Part shown: positions 1-9,738 of the stretch, piece after piece
How positions within the stretch are numbered: the stretch's first letter is position 1
Layout of the letters: each line of letters begins with the position of its first letter
DNA from: an uncultured Planctomycetales bacterium
Lineage (GTDB): Bacteria > Planctomycetota > SBBH01
Reading direction: 5' to 3'
Length of the DNA: 64,000 nt
Assembly (NCBI GenBank): GCA_964455625.1
Contig: CAYVXZ010000001.1
Coordinates: 8,150 to 72,149 of the forward strand
The notes under the pieces: generated by a model
Told to the model about the DNA's origin: nothing
The model's database searches: none
The model's input: the letters and a program-made list of their open reading frames with translations, nothing else
Position numbers and translations under genes: made by a program

Positions 1-55
1 GTCCGGGACCTGCCGCGCGCGGTGGCCGGCGCTCGCAAGGACGCGCCCCGCTGAC

Positions 56-2455
56 TCATTCCTTCCCGAGATGTTTCCGGAGCGCGGCCAGGCGCCCGGC
101 GCATGCTTTCTCGATCCGCTGCGACAGGAACTTCCTCCGGAGCGCGTTCTCGTATTCCCGGATCGCCTCATCTCCCTTGCCCGTCCTCTCGAGACAGATC
201 GCCCGGAGGAAAACGGGATCCCCCAGCTCCGGGGCCGCTCCCGTCGCGGCCGCGATGGCCGCGAGCGCCTCGTCGAACCGGCCCAGATTCGTCAGCGCCG
301 CCGCCCTGTTCAGCATCAGCTCGAGACTTTCCGGATGGAGGGCCAGTCCCCGCTCGGCGGCCTCCAGGCTCTCCTGATGCCTGTCCAGCCGCATGAGAAC
401 GTCCGACAGGTTGATGCGGGCGCCCGGCAGGGCCGGATCCAGCGCCAGGGCCTCGCTATAGGCGGCGACCGACGCTTCCCATCTCCGCAGATCACGCAGG
501 ATGTTCCCCTTCAGCAGGAATGCCTCCGCCGATGCCGGCCGGACCTCCAGCCGCTGCTCGCACGCGGCCAGGGCCTCCTGCAGGCGCGACAGCGTCACCA
601 GGGATCTGGCCCTTGCCAGGAGCGCTTCCGGATGGTGCGGATTGACCCGCAAGGCCACGTCGAAATCGTCGAGCGCCTCGGCATCCCGCTTCAGGGAAAC
701 CAGGACCTGCCCGCGGCGATATCGGGCGTCCACGTTCGCCGGCTCGGCGGCGAGGCACCGGTCGAAGGCGGCCAGCCCGCCTTCCCGATCCCCCGTCCTG
801 ATCAGGCAGACCCCGATTCCCAGATGGGCGTTCGGGTAGTCCGGCGTGATCTCGATCGCCCGCCGGAGGGACGCAAGGGCTTCGGGAAAGCGCCCCAGAT
901 CGATCAGGACCGCGCCCCTGATCTGGTGGGCCGGCGCGAAATCCGGATCGATCGCGATCGCCCGGTCGCACGCTTCAAGCGCGCGGTCCGGCTTCTTCTG
1001 CATGCGCAACGTTCGGGCGATGCCGGCACAGGCGTCCGGATAGCGCGGGTCGATCTCCAGGATCCTCCCGTATTCCGCCACGGCGTCCTCGAGACGCCCC
1101 CGCTCGACGAGGAGAAACGCCTTTTTCATGCGAACGATCAGCATTCCGGGATCCAGTGCCAGCGTCTCGTCGTACATCTCGAGCCTCGTGTCCGGATCGA
1201 CGACGCGCTCCGCGGCCCCGAACAGGGATTCCGCCCGGGCACGCTTCTCGCGGACTTCGAGTTCGGTCCGGAGGCGGTCGAGCGCGTCGACCGCCTTCTG
1301 CCGTTCCGCCCGGGCGTTCCGCGCCTCGGCGTCCGCGCGGCGCGCCTCGTCGACCGATCGACGGTTCTCCTCGTAAAGCCGCAGGAAGGCCCATCCCGCG
1401 AAGGCCACGATGATGACGAGCGCCGCGCCGACGCTCGCCGTCAGCTCCCGATGGCGCCGCGCCCACTTGCGCAGCCGGTATCCGCGCGTGTCCGGGTGCG
1501 CCTCGACGGGGCGTCCCGCGAGGAGCCGCCGCAGGTCCTCCGCCAGGGCGTGCGCCGTGAAGTAACGGCGGTCCTTTTCCTTCGCGATCGCCTTCAGGAT
1601 GACCGATTCCAGGTCCGCGGGGATCCGCGGCGCGTACGCCGAGGGGCGCGGCGGGTCCTTCTCGATGATCTCCTTCAGGAGGGCGTATGTCTCCCCGCCC
1701 GAGAAAGGGACGCGCCCCGTCACCAGCTCGTACAGGATCACGCCGAGCGCGTAGGTGTCGCTCCGCGTATCGATCTCCTTCACGCGCCCCTGCGCCTGCT
1801 CCGGGGCCATGTAGGACGGCGTCCCCATGATGACGCCGGAAACGGTCAGGAATCCCCCCGCCGGATCCGCCCGGGTGAGGCACGCGATCCCGAAGTCGAG
1901 AATGACCGGGCGCCCCGCGGCCGTGACCAGGATGTTCCCGGGCTTCAGGTCCCGGTGGATCACCCCCTTCATGTGCGCGTAATGGACCGCCTCGCACACT
2001 TCCGCGAAGAGGCGCACCAGGGCTGGCAGGGCAAGCCCCTTTTCCCGCACGAACCGGTCGAGGGGTTTTCCCTCGACGAGGTCCATCGTGTAATAGGGAA
2101 CACCGTCGACGATCCCCATGTCGTGGACCGGGACGATCCCCGGGTGCGACAGGTCCGCCATCAGGCGCGCCTCCCGCAGGAAGCGCTTCTGCTCCACGTC
2201 GCCCGACCAGGCGCCGCCGAGCATCATCTTCATGGCCACTTCGCGCCCCAGCCTGGGGTCCCTCACGCGATGGACCACTCCCATCCCCCCCTGCGCGATC
2301 GTGCCGAGAATCTCGTACGGGCCGACCGTCGGGGGGACCGGCGCGGCCGGCGCCGCACCGGTTCCGTCCGTGTTCAGGGTTCGCGTCTCGTCGGGAACCG
2401 GTGGAGTCGTGTCCGGGCCGCCTGTCGTCCGGTCCGGATCGTCCCGATGGGGCAT
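56..2455 (-). CDS. Ser/Thr protein kinase (Hanks-type) with C-terminal TPR-repeat domain
   Basis: Kinase motifs in the translation (GxGxxG-like 'AQGGMGVV', 'AMK', 'HRDLKPGNIL', 'DFG', 'APE'). A hydrophobic segment follows, then multiple TPR-like repeats. Stop at 56-58 (TGA on the minus strand). Confidence 0.85.
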   Translation of the reverse strand: MPHRDDPDRTTGGPDTTPPVPDETRTLNTDGTGAAPAAPVPPTVGPYEILGTIAQGGMGVVHRVRDPRLGREVAMKMMLGGAWSGDVEQKRFLREARLMADLSHPGIVPVHDMGIVDGVPYYTMDLVEGKPLDRFVREKGLALPALVRLFAEVCEAVHYAHMKGVIHRDLKPGNILVTAAGRPVILDFGIACLTRADPAGGFLTVSGVIMGTPSYMAPEQAQGRVKEIDTRSDTYALGVILYELVTGRVPFSGGETYALLKEIIEKDPPRPSAYAPRIPADLESVILKAIAKEKDRRYFTAHALAEDLRRLLAGRPVEAHPDTRGYRLRKWARRHRELTASVGAALVIIVAFAGWAFLRLYEENRRSVDEARRADAEARNARAERQKAVDALDRLRTELEVREKRARAESLFGAAERVVDPDTRLEMYDETLALDPGMLIVRMKKAFLLVERGRLEDAVAEYGRILEIDPRYPDACAGIARTLRMQKKPDRALEACDRAIAIDPDFAPAHQIRGAVLIDLGRFPEALASLRRAIEITPDYPNAHLGIGVCLIRTGDREGGLAAFDRCLAAEPANVDARYRRGQVLVSLKRDAEALDDFDVALRVNPHHPEALLARARSLVTLSRLQEALAACEQRLEVRPASAEAFLLKGNILRDLRRWEASVAAYSEALALDPALPGARINLSDVLMRLDRHQESLEAAERGLALHPESLELMLNRAAALTNLGRFDEALAAIAAATGAAPELGDPVFLRAICLERTGKGDEAIREYENALRRKFLSQRIEKACAGRLAALRKHLGKE

Positions 2456-2501
2456 CCCCTATCGATACCACACACCGGTGCGATGGCAACCACGGGAACC
2501 G

Positions 2502-2693
2502 CTAGATCCGGATCACGCCGAACCAGAACAGGCTCGCCAGGACGAGCATGAGGGCCGTCCCTGTCATGAACAACTTGCGGACCAGCGCCCGTTTCTCGAC
2601 CGGAACGCGCGGCTCGACCACGAAAAACCCCAGAAGCAGGTCCGCGACCCCCATCGCGGCCAGGACCAGGGCGAGAAGCTTGCCGGCCGACAT
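2502..2693 (-). CDS. small hydrophobic membrane protein (63 aa)
   Basis: The ORF encodes two predicted transmembrane helices. There is no detectable homology and the call rests on the ORF alone. Confidence 0.3.
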   Translation of the reverse strand: MSAGKLLALVLAAMGVADLLLGFFVVEPRVPVEKRALVRKLFMTGTALMLVLASLFWFGVIRI

Positions 2694-2904
2694 CGGTCCA
2701 TTCTAGCGGTTCCGGGAATCGGGTAAGGGGAATCGAGTCACACTCGGCGTCTCCCGACGCCTCGCGCGACCCCGGGTCGGCCGCCTCTCGGCGTCCTCCC
2801 GTTCGACTCCCATGCTCGCCGCCTCCCGGCGGCTTGACTCGTCGCGCGAAGCGTTGGCCAGGTGCAAGGCACGAGGCACGCCATGGTTCGGCAAGCTCAC
2901 CACG

Positions 2905-2975
2905 AGCGGGTGAGGGGAATCGAACCCCCATGGCCAGCTTGGAAGGCTGGAGCTCTGCCATTGAGCTACACCCGC
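2905..2975 (-). tRNA. tRNA-Gly (anticodon UCC)
   Basis: The reverse complement folds as a cloverleaf. The acceptor stem is GCGGGTG/CACCCGC. The D-arm is GCTCAATGGCAGAGC. The anticodon stem-loop is CCAGC-CTTCCAA-GCTGG. The T-arm is GGTTCGATTCC. The discriminator is U and CCA is not encoded. Confidence 0.9.
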
Positions 2976-2977
2976 GA
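2934..2977. repeat. 44-bp direct repeat, copy 1 (tRNA-Gly positions 1-42 plus 2 upstream nt); putative att site
   Basis: Identical 44-mer 'ccagcttggaaggctggagctctgccattgagctacacccgcga' also present at 24001-24044 in the same orientation. Confidence 0.85.
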
Positions 2978-3068
2978 CAAGGCGGGAATTGTATCTCTCC
3001 GAGGGGAAACGACCAATCCACGATGCAGCAGAGTGCAGCCCGGCGCACCCGGGGGCAGGGATTACCTG

Positions 3069-3086
3069 CAAGCCGGCCTACATGCC
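3069..3086. repeat. 18-bp direct repeat 'caagccggcctacatgcc', copy 1 (about 90 bp inside the left island end); candidate arm-type integrase site
   Basis: An identical 18-mer lies at 23915-23932, about 85 bp inside the right island end. Confidence 0.6.
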
Positions 3087-3849
3087 GGCGTACAGCAGTA
3101 TCATTGGAAATGTGGACATTGAAAAACACCGGCGTCAAAGGCTCCTGCAAGAAGCCGATAGTGCTTTTTGTCGGCAGCTGGACCAACTCTGTGGAGAGTA
3201 CTACCGATTGTGCAGGGCGATAAGAATGTGGGGTCCCATTTCCGAGCCCGAGATTGGTCAGGTGTTGGAAGCCGCCCGCGGTCTCCTGCCGGACTTCCTA
3301 AAAGTGATGTCGCAGGTGGAATTCAAGACGTGCCTCACGGAAATAAAATCGACCCCTTCGCATCCTGCCCACAAGCCACTTGCCGACCTGAAGCGGTTCA
3401 GCGAGAGGAAGCTGAAGCTGAGTGGTCACCCACGCGATTTTCTTGAAGCCATCCAGGGAGACATTCAGGCGGTCTACAAGGCAGTGCATGGTTCGCCGAG
3501 CCCTCTTCAGCGTGAGGCCAAGAAGCAAAAGAAGAGATCTCCTCGATCAATAAGCGCCAAAAAAGAAAAGATCTCCCATCAAGAATTCTCGCACTCACCC
3601 GACTACCGTTCTGTGAATCTACGTGGCAAACGGTTCACCTTTACAGCTTTTCAGGCAGAAGCTGTAAAGGAACTGCACAATGCATTCAAGAATGGGACTC
3701 CGGACCTCAGTCAAGCGACCATCCTGTCGAAAATCGCTGCGCAGTCAGCTCGGTTAAAAGACATTTTTCGGGGTTCCAATGCATGGGGTTCCGTGGTCGT
3801 AAGGTCCTCTAAAAGAGGCGCGTATCGCCTCGGTATCGAAATTTCCTAA
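3082..3849 (+). CDS. hypothetical protein (island cargo, low GC)
   Basis: The ORF track gives 2989-3849. The in-frame ATG at 3082 is chosen because the longer ORF overlaps the tRNA repeat. There are no recognisable motifs. Confidence 0.35.
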   Translation: MPAYSSIIGNVDIEKHRRQRLLQEADSAFCRQLDQLCGEYYRLCRAIRMWGPISEPEIGQVLEAARGLLPDFLKVMSQVEFKTCLTEIKSTPSHPAHKPLADLKRFSERKLKLSGHPRDFLEAIQGDIQAVYKAVHGSPSPLQREAKKQKKRSPRSISAKKEKISHQEFSHSPDYRSVNLRGKRFTFTAFQAEAVKELHNAFKNGTPDLSQATILSKIAAQSARLKDIFRGSNAWGSVVVRSSKRGAYRLGIEIS

Positions 3850-3944
3850 ATACGCCACTCCCTCCCCCCTTATTACCACCCACCCCCGGCTAGCTTCCGT
3901 GCACAGGGGCGGGACCGGCTCGCCCCAGATTTTGTGATTTCCAA

Positions 3945-4370
3945 GTGGGGGCCTGGCCGGATAGCGCCCGCCCCCGATGGGCTTCCGGAGGGACTATGAG
4001 AAAGGACGAAAATACGAAGAGGTATTTTCAGCTCGGTCTGAAGATGCCGTTGAATTCGCCTCGCAGGGCGGAGCTGGCGCTTGATGAGCATAAAGCGGCG
4101 ATCATCCGCGGTCTTCGCATCGCTGCGAAGTGCTCCGTGAAGCTAAGCGAGGTCACGCCGTTCACCGCATGGAATGTAGGCTCGGGTCGCCATCCCGCAG
4201 CCGCGATCAGCGCCGGCGTGGCCTCCGAGATCCTGGCGGCTTTCGATGAAGAGGATGGGTTTCCGCCTGCAAGAGATGAGCTTTCCCAAAGCTTTCGGAA
4301 AATGGTTCGCTATCTCCGTGCGAAATGGGCTGCCGAGGAGGGGAATCGCCAGAATGGTTGGGCGAAATGA
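3945..4370 (+). CDS. hypothetical protein
   Basis: An ORF of 141 aa with no recognisable motif. It overlaps the start of the primase gene. Confidence 0.3.
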   Translation: MGAWPDSARPRWASGGTMRKDENTKRYFQLGLKMPLNSPRRAELALDEHKAAIIRGLRIAAKCSVKLSEVTPFTAWNVGSGRHPAAAISAGVASEILAAFDEEDGFPPARDELSQSFRKMVRYLRAKWAAEEGNRQNGWAK

Positions 4371-6241
4371 GCGCTCATGCTCCACTTCTTGGAGCCGCAC
4401 TTGCGCTGTTGATGCGGGGCTTCTCCGTGATCCCCCTCCGGCCGGGCGACAAGCGCCCCCAGACCCGCTGGGAAGCGTTTCAGACCAACCTCCCGACGGA
4501 AGTTCAAGTGCAAGCAGCCTGGGCGCACTGTCCCGACGCCAACGTCGGGATCGTGACGGGACGGGTGTCGGGGATCATTGTCCTCGACGTGGACGGCGCC
4601 GCAGGGAGGGAAAGCATTAGAGGAAAACACCTCCCGCCGACCCCGACTTGCAAGACCCCCCGGGGCGGACACTACTACTACCGCCACCCGGGTGGGCATG
4701 TCCCCAACGCCGTCGGCCTCCTCCCAGGGATCGATCTGCGCGCGGATGGTGGCTACGTGGTTACTGCCCCCTCTGTAAACGCGGAAGGTGTTCGGTACGA
4801 GTGGTGCGAGGGGCTGAGATTGGACGAGGTCGATCTCGCCCCGCCTCCACAGTGGCTCCTGGATCTTCTCGCCAAAAAGGAGCCCGCTCCTGTCGCTGTT
4901 CCGGTTGCCCAGGGTGCCGACGTCCTTCAAGGCGTCCCCGAAGGGCAACGGAACAATACCGCCGCGCGGATCGCCGGTCGCGTGCTGAAAGCGGGGCTCA
5001 ACCCCCAAGAGACGGAGGAGTTCTTGCTGTTCTGGAACCGCAAGAACAAGCCGCCCCTTCCAGAAGAAGAGGTCCGGGCCGTCGCCCGTTCGATCTCCGC
5101 AAGGCATGTTCCCGCTGGCGCTCCTCCCGCGGCGATCCCGGCGAAGTTCGCCGTCCCGATTAGCGCCCTTATGTCCGAGCCCGATGTCGAGATCGATTAC
5201 TTGGTCGAGCCTTTGGTCGAAGCGGGGACCATCGGCTTCGACGGCGGCGAGCCGAAGCTCGCGAAGTCGTGGCTCGCCCTGGCGATCTCGCTCGGCATTG
5301 CGACCGGGACGCCGGTCATGGACACCTTCCGTGTCCCGTTGCGGCGGCGGGTCCTGTACATTCAGGAGGAGGACTCGGCTTCCCTCGTGCGCCGACGCAT
5401 TCACCTGCTCTGCAGGGGGCATGGGATTCCGCTCCCCGATGACCAGTACTTTAGGTGTGCCGTCAGGACGGGGTTCCAGATCGACGATCCCGTGTGGTTC
5501 GCCGCGCTCTGCAAGGAGGTCGAGGAGTTCCGGCCGTCCTTGGTCGTCGCCGATGTTCTGAACAAGCTGCATTCGCAAGACGAGAACGAGCAGTCTGGCA
5601 TGACCCTGGTGATGCGCCAATTCGAGGAAATCCGGCGAAAGTTCGGATGCGCCTTTTTGATCGTCCATCACTTCCGTAAAGGCGATGCCTCCCGGGGGAA
5701 TCAGCGGCTACGGGGGTCGAGCGTCCTGGGCGGATGGAGCGAGTGCTCGCTGTACCTGAGCCCGGGGGATAACGGAACCCTTCGCGTGGAACGCGAGTCG
5801 AAGGCGGCACAGACGGAGCCCTTTTCGTTTCGACTGGAGGACCTGAAGGACGCGGACGGTCACCTTGTCGGCGTCCGCCTGGTCCACTTGGGGGAGGCGG
5901 TCGTCACCCCCAAAGACTCCAAGGGCGACGCCTTCCTTCGGGCCGTCCTGGAAGCTCATGCTGAGGGAGGCGAAGCCGCCTGCACGGCGGATGCCCTCGC
6001 CGCCAGGGCCAAGGTATCCGCGAACACGATCCGGACCTGGATGCAGAAGCTTTCCGACAGGGTCCATACTCATCAGATCCGGAACGCCGACGGCCGGGAG
6101 GTCACCGTCTACACCCCGATCACCGTGTCCGGGTCGACGAACTCAACTCAAAACCCCGGGGGAGCTGAGCTTCTGAGCCGTCCCGAAGGGGTCAAGGAGA
6201 GGGTCCCTACTCCCCCCTTCCCAGGTCCGGAGGCGGCATGA
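4367..6241 (+). CDS. bifunctional DNA primase/polymerase (Prim-Pol N-terminal domain) fused to P4/RepA-like AAA helicase domain
   Basis: The N-terminus ('GFSVIPLRPGDKRP...GIVTGRVSGIIVLDVDG') resembles the bifunctional primase-polymerase domain. The C-terminal half has RecA/DnaB-like P4-type ATPase motifs ('LYIQEEDSAS', 'FLIVHHFRK'). ATG at 4367. Confidence 0.7.
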   Translation: MSAHAPLLGAALALLMRGFSVIPLRPGDKRPQTRWEAFQTNLPTEVQVQAAWAHCPDANVGIVTGRVSGIIVLDVDGAAGRESIRGKHLPPTPTCKTPRGGHYYYRHPGGHVPNAVGLLPGIDLRADGGYVVTAPSVNAEGVRYEWCEGLRLDEVDLAPPPQWLLDLLAKKEPAPVAVPVAQGADVLQGVPEGQRNNTAARIAGRVLKAGLNPQETEEFLLFWNRKNKPPLPEEEVRAVARSISARHVPAGAPPAAIPAKFAVPISALMSEPDVEIDYLVEPLVEAGTIGFDGGEPKLAKSWLALAISLGIATGTPVMDTFRVPLRRRVLYIQEEDSASLVRRRIHLLCRGHGIPLPDDQYFRCAVRTGFQIDDPVWFAALCKEVEEFRPSLVVADVLNKLHSQDENEQSGMTLVMRQFEEIRRKFGCAFLIVHHFRKGDASRGNQRLRGSSVLGGWSECSLYLSPGDNGTLRVERESKAAQTEPFSFRLEDLKDADGHLVGVRLVHLGEAVVTPKDSKGDAFLRAVLEAHAEGGEAACTADALAARAKVSANTIRTWMQKLSDRVHTHQIRNADGREVTVYTPITVSGSTNSTQNPGGAELLSRPEGVKERVPTPPFPGPEAA

Positions 6242-6492
6242 GGAGCCCGCCCCCTGAAAAAGGCACGTCCCTTGCGGGAAATGCCCCCCGTGCGCTGTTC
6301 CGAGTCGAAGATGTGGCCCTGCTCCTGGGGATATCCCGCCGCCAGGTCTTCGCCATGCTGGCGGCGGGGCGAATCCCCGTTGTCCGCGTCGGAAAGCGCG
6401 TCGTCCGCTTCATCCCAGGCGAGATCGACGCATGGGTCCGGGCCGGCTGTCCCGGCGTCACGGAGTTCCGCCGCGCGCATCCCGAAAATTGA
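6238..6492 (+). CDS. AlpA/excisionase-family helix-turn-helix DNA-binding protein
   Basis: The motif 'VEDVALLLGISRRQVFAMLAAGRIPVVRVGKRVVRFIPGEIDAWV' is typical of MerR-like excisionase/AlpA HTH. It lies immediately upstream of the integrase. Confidence 0.7.
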   Translation: MRSPPPEKGTSLAGNAPRALFRVEDVALLLGISRRQVFAMLAAGRIPVVRVGKRVVRFIPGEIDAWVRAGCPGVTEFRRAHPEN

Positions 6493-6535
6493 CATGGATA
6501 TGGGAGGCGTGTTTCGATTTTTCCGGTAAGACCAA

Positions 6536-7780
6536 ATGGCGAGCATCTTCCAACCCGTCTACGTGAAGAAGCTCGCTGACGGCCGGCGTGTGCGCCGGAA
6601 GAGCAAGGTGTGGCGGATCGAGTATTTCGACCCCGGCCTCGGCAGGCGGGTGAGGAAGAAGGGGTTCCGGGACAAGATGGCGACCGACATCCTGGCGGCG
6701 GACCTCGAAAGGCGCGCAGAGAGGCGCGTCGTCGGCGCCGTGGACGAGTTCGAAGAAGCGCGGGCGACACCGCTCGAACAGCACTTTTCCGATTATCAGG
6801 TTCATCTGGCGAACTCCGGGGTCTCGCAGAAGCATCTCGCGGAAACATCGAGGCGCATCAAGGAACTTATCAGTCATTCAAAAGTCGTCCGGCTCCATGA
6901 GATCCGGCCCGCCCACTGTGATGGTGCCTTGAAGGCCATCCGGACGCGGGGAGCCGGCCCCCGCACCCTCAACACCTACGGCGCCTCGTGGCGCGCATTC
7001 ATTCGCTGGGCTATACGGTCCAGGCGTCTTTCCGCCGACGCGGACCCGACGGTGACGATCGCCAAGCTGCGCGAGTCGGAAGACGTGCGCCGGCAACGGC
7101 GCGCCCTCGTGCCGAAAGAAATCGAGCGGCTTCTGACCGCTACCGCCTCCCGGCCGCTCGCCGAGGCCATCCGAAAGAACCCCGCCCTATCCATGGAATC
7201 GAGGCGTGCCTTGACCCTGGAGGGGATCGAGAGGGCCTTGATCTACAAAACCGCGATCCTGACGGGGCTCCGCCGAGGCGAGATTGAGGCGCTTCGCTGG
7301 AGCGACCTCCAACTGGATTCCAAGAGACCGAACGTCCATGTGCGGGGGTCAGTCGCCAAGAACGGCCGCGAGGAATACATGCCCCTCCGGGCGGATTTGG
7401 CGCATGAACTTTCGGAATGGCGCAAGATGCGGGTAACCCGTCCGGACGAACCGGTCTTCCAGGGACTCCGGAGAATCGTGGATCACCTGAAACTGGACCT
7501 TCAGTTCGCGGGGCTGAAGTACAGGGACGAATCCGGCCGCTTCTTCGATTTTCACGCATTCAGACACTGCACCGCAAGCTACCTCGCGCGGGGCGGTGTG
7601 GCCCCCCGCGTGGCGCAAAGCCTGATGCGACACGCTGACATCGGGCTCACGATGGGCGCCTATACCGACCCGATGCTTCTGGACAAGGTCTCCGCCCTTG
7701 ATGCCTTGCCGATCCTGCCGAGGGCGGTGCTTCCGGAAGGCCTTTTCGTGGTCGAGGAGCCGGTTACGAAGACAGCCTAA
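6536..7780 (+). CDS. tyrosine site-specific recombinase (phage-type integrase)
   Basis: The C-terminal catalytic region shows the R...HxxR...Y signature ('LRRGEIEALRWSDL', 'HAFRHCTASYLARGGV', 'LMRHADIGLTMGAYTD'). Confidence 0.85.
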   Translation: MASIFQPVYVKKLADGRRVRRKSKVWRIEYFDPGLGRRVRKKGFRDKMATDILAADLERRAERRVVGAVDEFEEARATPLEQHFSDYQVHLANSGVSQKHLAETSRRIKELISHSKVVRLHEIRPAHCDGALKAIRTRGAGPRTLNTYGASWRAFIRWAIRSRRLSADADPTVTIAKLRESEDVRRQRRALVPKEIERLLTATASRPLAEAIRKNPALSMESRRALTLEGIERALIYKTAILTGLRRGEIEALRWSDLQLDSKRPNVHVRGSVAKNGREEYMPLRADLAHELSEWRKMRVTRPDEPVFQGLRRIVDHLKLDLQFAGLKYRDESGRFFDFHAFRHCTASYLARGGVAPRVAQSLMRHADIGLTMGAYTDPMLLDKVSALDALPILPRAVLPEGLFVVEEPVTKTA

Positions 7781-7856
7781 GGCGGCACCGAGGGAATGAC
7801 CACTCGGGTCACAAGTAACGCCCTGTTTTGTCATATGACGTGCTCTGTCGGTTACT

Positions 7857-8456
7857 GTGGCTACGGGTCATGAAGGCCGGGCGGTGGAGCCCGGCGTATA
7901 CGACGAGGTGGGAAGAACTTTCCGCCGTGAGAAGATGAGTCTGACGATCCAAGGCTGGCCCTGCAAAATAAGATCACCCAACTTGCAGAAGGCGATTAGC
8001 CTCGTGCTACGTTCCGTCAGCAAGACCCATCCCGAGGATTATCAGAGGCTCATGAAGCGAGTGAGTGAATTCGGCCCCTTATCCATGCGCGATCGTAAAG
8101 ATGGAATCGTCGGTTGGTATGGCAAGCGGCGGCGCAGCGGGGAATATGACTTCGATTCTCCAGGGTCCATCCTCTTGCGCGAGGATGATTCGTTCTCCAT
8201 CGCAACTGTTGCTCACGAGCTTGGTCATGCATGCACGAGGGAGGATGATTTCTGGAAGCGCGATGGTTTAGATGCGGAGTGGGCGAGCGAGCTCTGCGCG
8301 GACATGTATGCGTACAAATGGGGTTTCGGCAGAGAGATTGCCCGAAGCCGCAAAGAGCGGGACTTCATGCATCACGGTCCACCGCCGGGAACTGTCGTCG
8401 AGTGCAATGGATCGAGGTTTCGGGTGACACGAGCTTTTTACATTAGACCTTTCTGA
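7857..8456 (+). CDS. hypothetical protein with HExxH motif (possible metallopeptidase-like)
   Basis: 'VAHELGHAC' matches HExxH. There is no other recognisable similarity. The gene is low-GC. Confidence 0.35.
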   Translation: MATGHEGRAVEPGVYDEVGRTFRREKMSLTIQGWPCKIRSPNLQKAISLVLRSVSKTHPEDYQRLMKRVSEFGPLSMRDRKDGIVGWYGKRRRSGEYDFDSPGSILLREDDSFSIATVAHELGHACTREDDFWKRDGLDAEWASELCADMYAYKWGFGREIARSRKERDFMHHGPPPGTVVECNGSRFRVTRAFYIRPF

Positions 8457-8571
8457 AATGCGCGACCGCTTCACCCTCGTAGCCACTCTTGATCAGAGCC
8501 TCACCCGATACAACCTGCCTTGTCATGGATGATGCCTCGTCTCGTCATGTGATGCGTTCGATCGGCACGAT

Positions 8572-8802
8572 GTGTTCGGGGCATCCATGCCAGCGAAACG
8601 TCCGCCCGTCTACGTCCTCAAGGTGACTCTTCAGGACAGCAAGCCGCCCATCTGGCGTCGGCTCGCCATCAAGCCGAACACCTCCCTCGCCAAGCTCTAT
8701 GCCCATGACCGAAGAGAATGTCCTGACCGGCATCGAGCTTGCCCTGAGCCGCCGCTAAGCTTTCCATCTCGGCATGATCGATCGTCCCATCGGGCATCCT
8801 GA
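8572..8802 (+). pseudogene. truncated fragment of plasmid pRiA4b ORF-3-like family protein
   Basis: The N-terminal 30 aa 'VYVLKVTLQDSKPPIWRRLAIKPNTSLAKLYAH' matches the conserved start of the PRiA4_ORF3 family. The reading frame then degenerates. Confidence 0.45.
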
Positions 8803-9090
8803 ATCCCGTGGAGCCGAGCCGTCTGGGCTTTCCAGAAATCAACCCGTAAATGGGGATGCAGCTATCCAGCGGCAGGACTTTTTTACGAATCGTTCATCCT
8901 GATGATTGCTGGGACACCGCCGGGTCTCCAGGGGCACCGTTCGCCTCGTAAAAACAGGCGTAGTCGCCCGGCGACCGGATTCCCGTGACGGCCGCGACCC
9001 CGATGAGACGCCGGGAATTCCGTTGATCGGAACGACCTCCGCGCTATTATGTGACGCATTAGTCCGTTATCTAAACGTCCAAGAGCCTCC

Positions 9091-9738
9091 TTGCCCGCGA
9101 CATCCCCGCCCCTTCCGAAACCCGGCCGGCCCCGCGATCCCACCCTGCCCGCCCGCCGCCGGGAGGAGATCCTCGAGGCCGCCCAGCGCGTCTTCGCCGA
9201 CCGCGGCTTCCACAAGACCGACGTCGGAGAGATCGCCGTGGATCTCGGTCTCGGCAAGGGGACCCTGTACCGGTACTTCCCGTCCAAGGAGGCGCTGTTC
9301 CTGGGCGCGGTGGACCGGGGCATGCGCCTCCTGAGGGAGGCGGTCGAGCGGGCGGAAGAGGGGGCGACGGATCCCCTCCAGCGCGTGTCCCGTGCGGCGC
9401 GCGCCTACCTGGCCTACTTCGACCGGAATCCCGCCCTGGTCGAACTCCTGCTCCAGGAGCGCTCGCATTTCAAGGCGCGCAAGAAGCCCACCTACTTTGC
9501 CCACCGCGACGCCAATCTCGGGCCCTGGCGGAAGACCTTCCGGAACCTCATCCGGGAGGGTCGGGTCCGGGACGTCCCCGTGGACCGCATCACCGACGTC
9601 ATCAGCGACCTCCTGTACGGAACGATCTTCACCAACTACTTCGCCGGACGCCGGAAGTCCTTCGAGGCCCAGGCACAGGACGTCCTCGACGTGCTCTTCC
9701 ACGGGATCCTGTCGCCGGGAGCAGGGCCGCCCGCATGA
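9091..9738 (+). CDS. TetR/AcrR family transcriptional regulator
   Basis: N-terminal TetR HTH ('ILEAAQRVFADRGFHKTDVGEIAVDLGLGKGTLYRYFPSKEALF'). It sits upstream of an efflux operon. Confidence 0.85.
   Translation: MPATSPPLPKPGRPRDPTLPARRREEILEAAQRVFADRGFHKTDVGEIAVDLGLGKGTLYRYFPSKEALFLGAVDRGMRLLREAVERAEEGATDPLQRVSRAARAYLAYFDRNPALVELLLQERSHFKARKKPTYFAHRDANLGPWRKTFRNLIREGRVRDVPVDRITDVISDLLYGTIFTNYFAGRRKSFEAQAQDVLDVLFHGILSPGAGPPA

Noticed and set aside
71-2551. 826-aa plus-strand ORF antisense to the Ser/Thr kinase gene
   Set aside because: It is Arg/Pro-rich low-complexity translation. This is a typical antisense artefact in about 70% GC DNA. The kinase on the minus strand has clear catalytic motifs.
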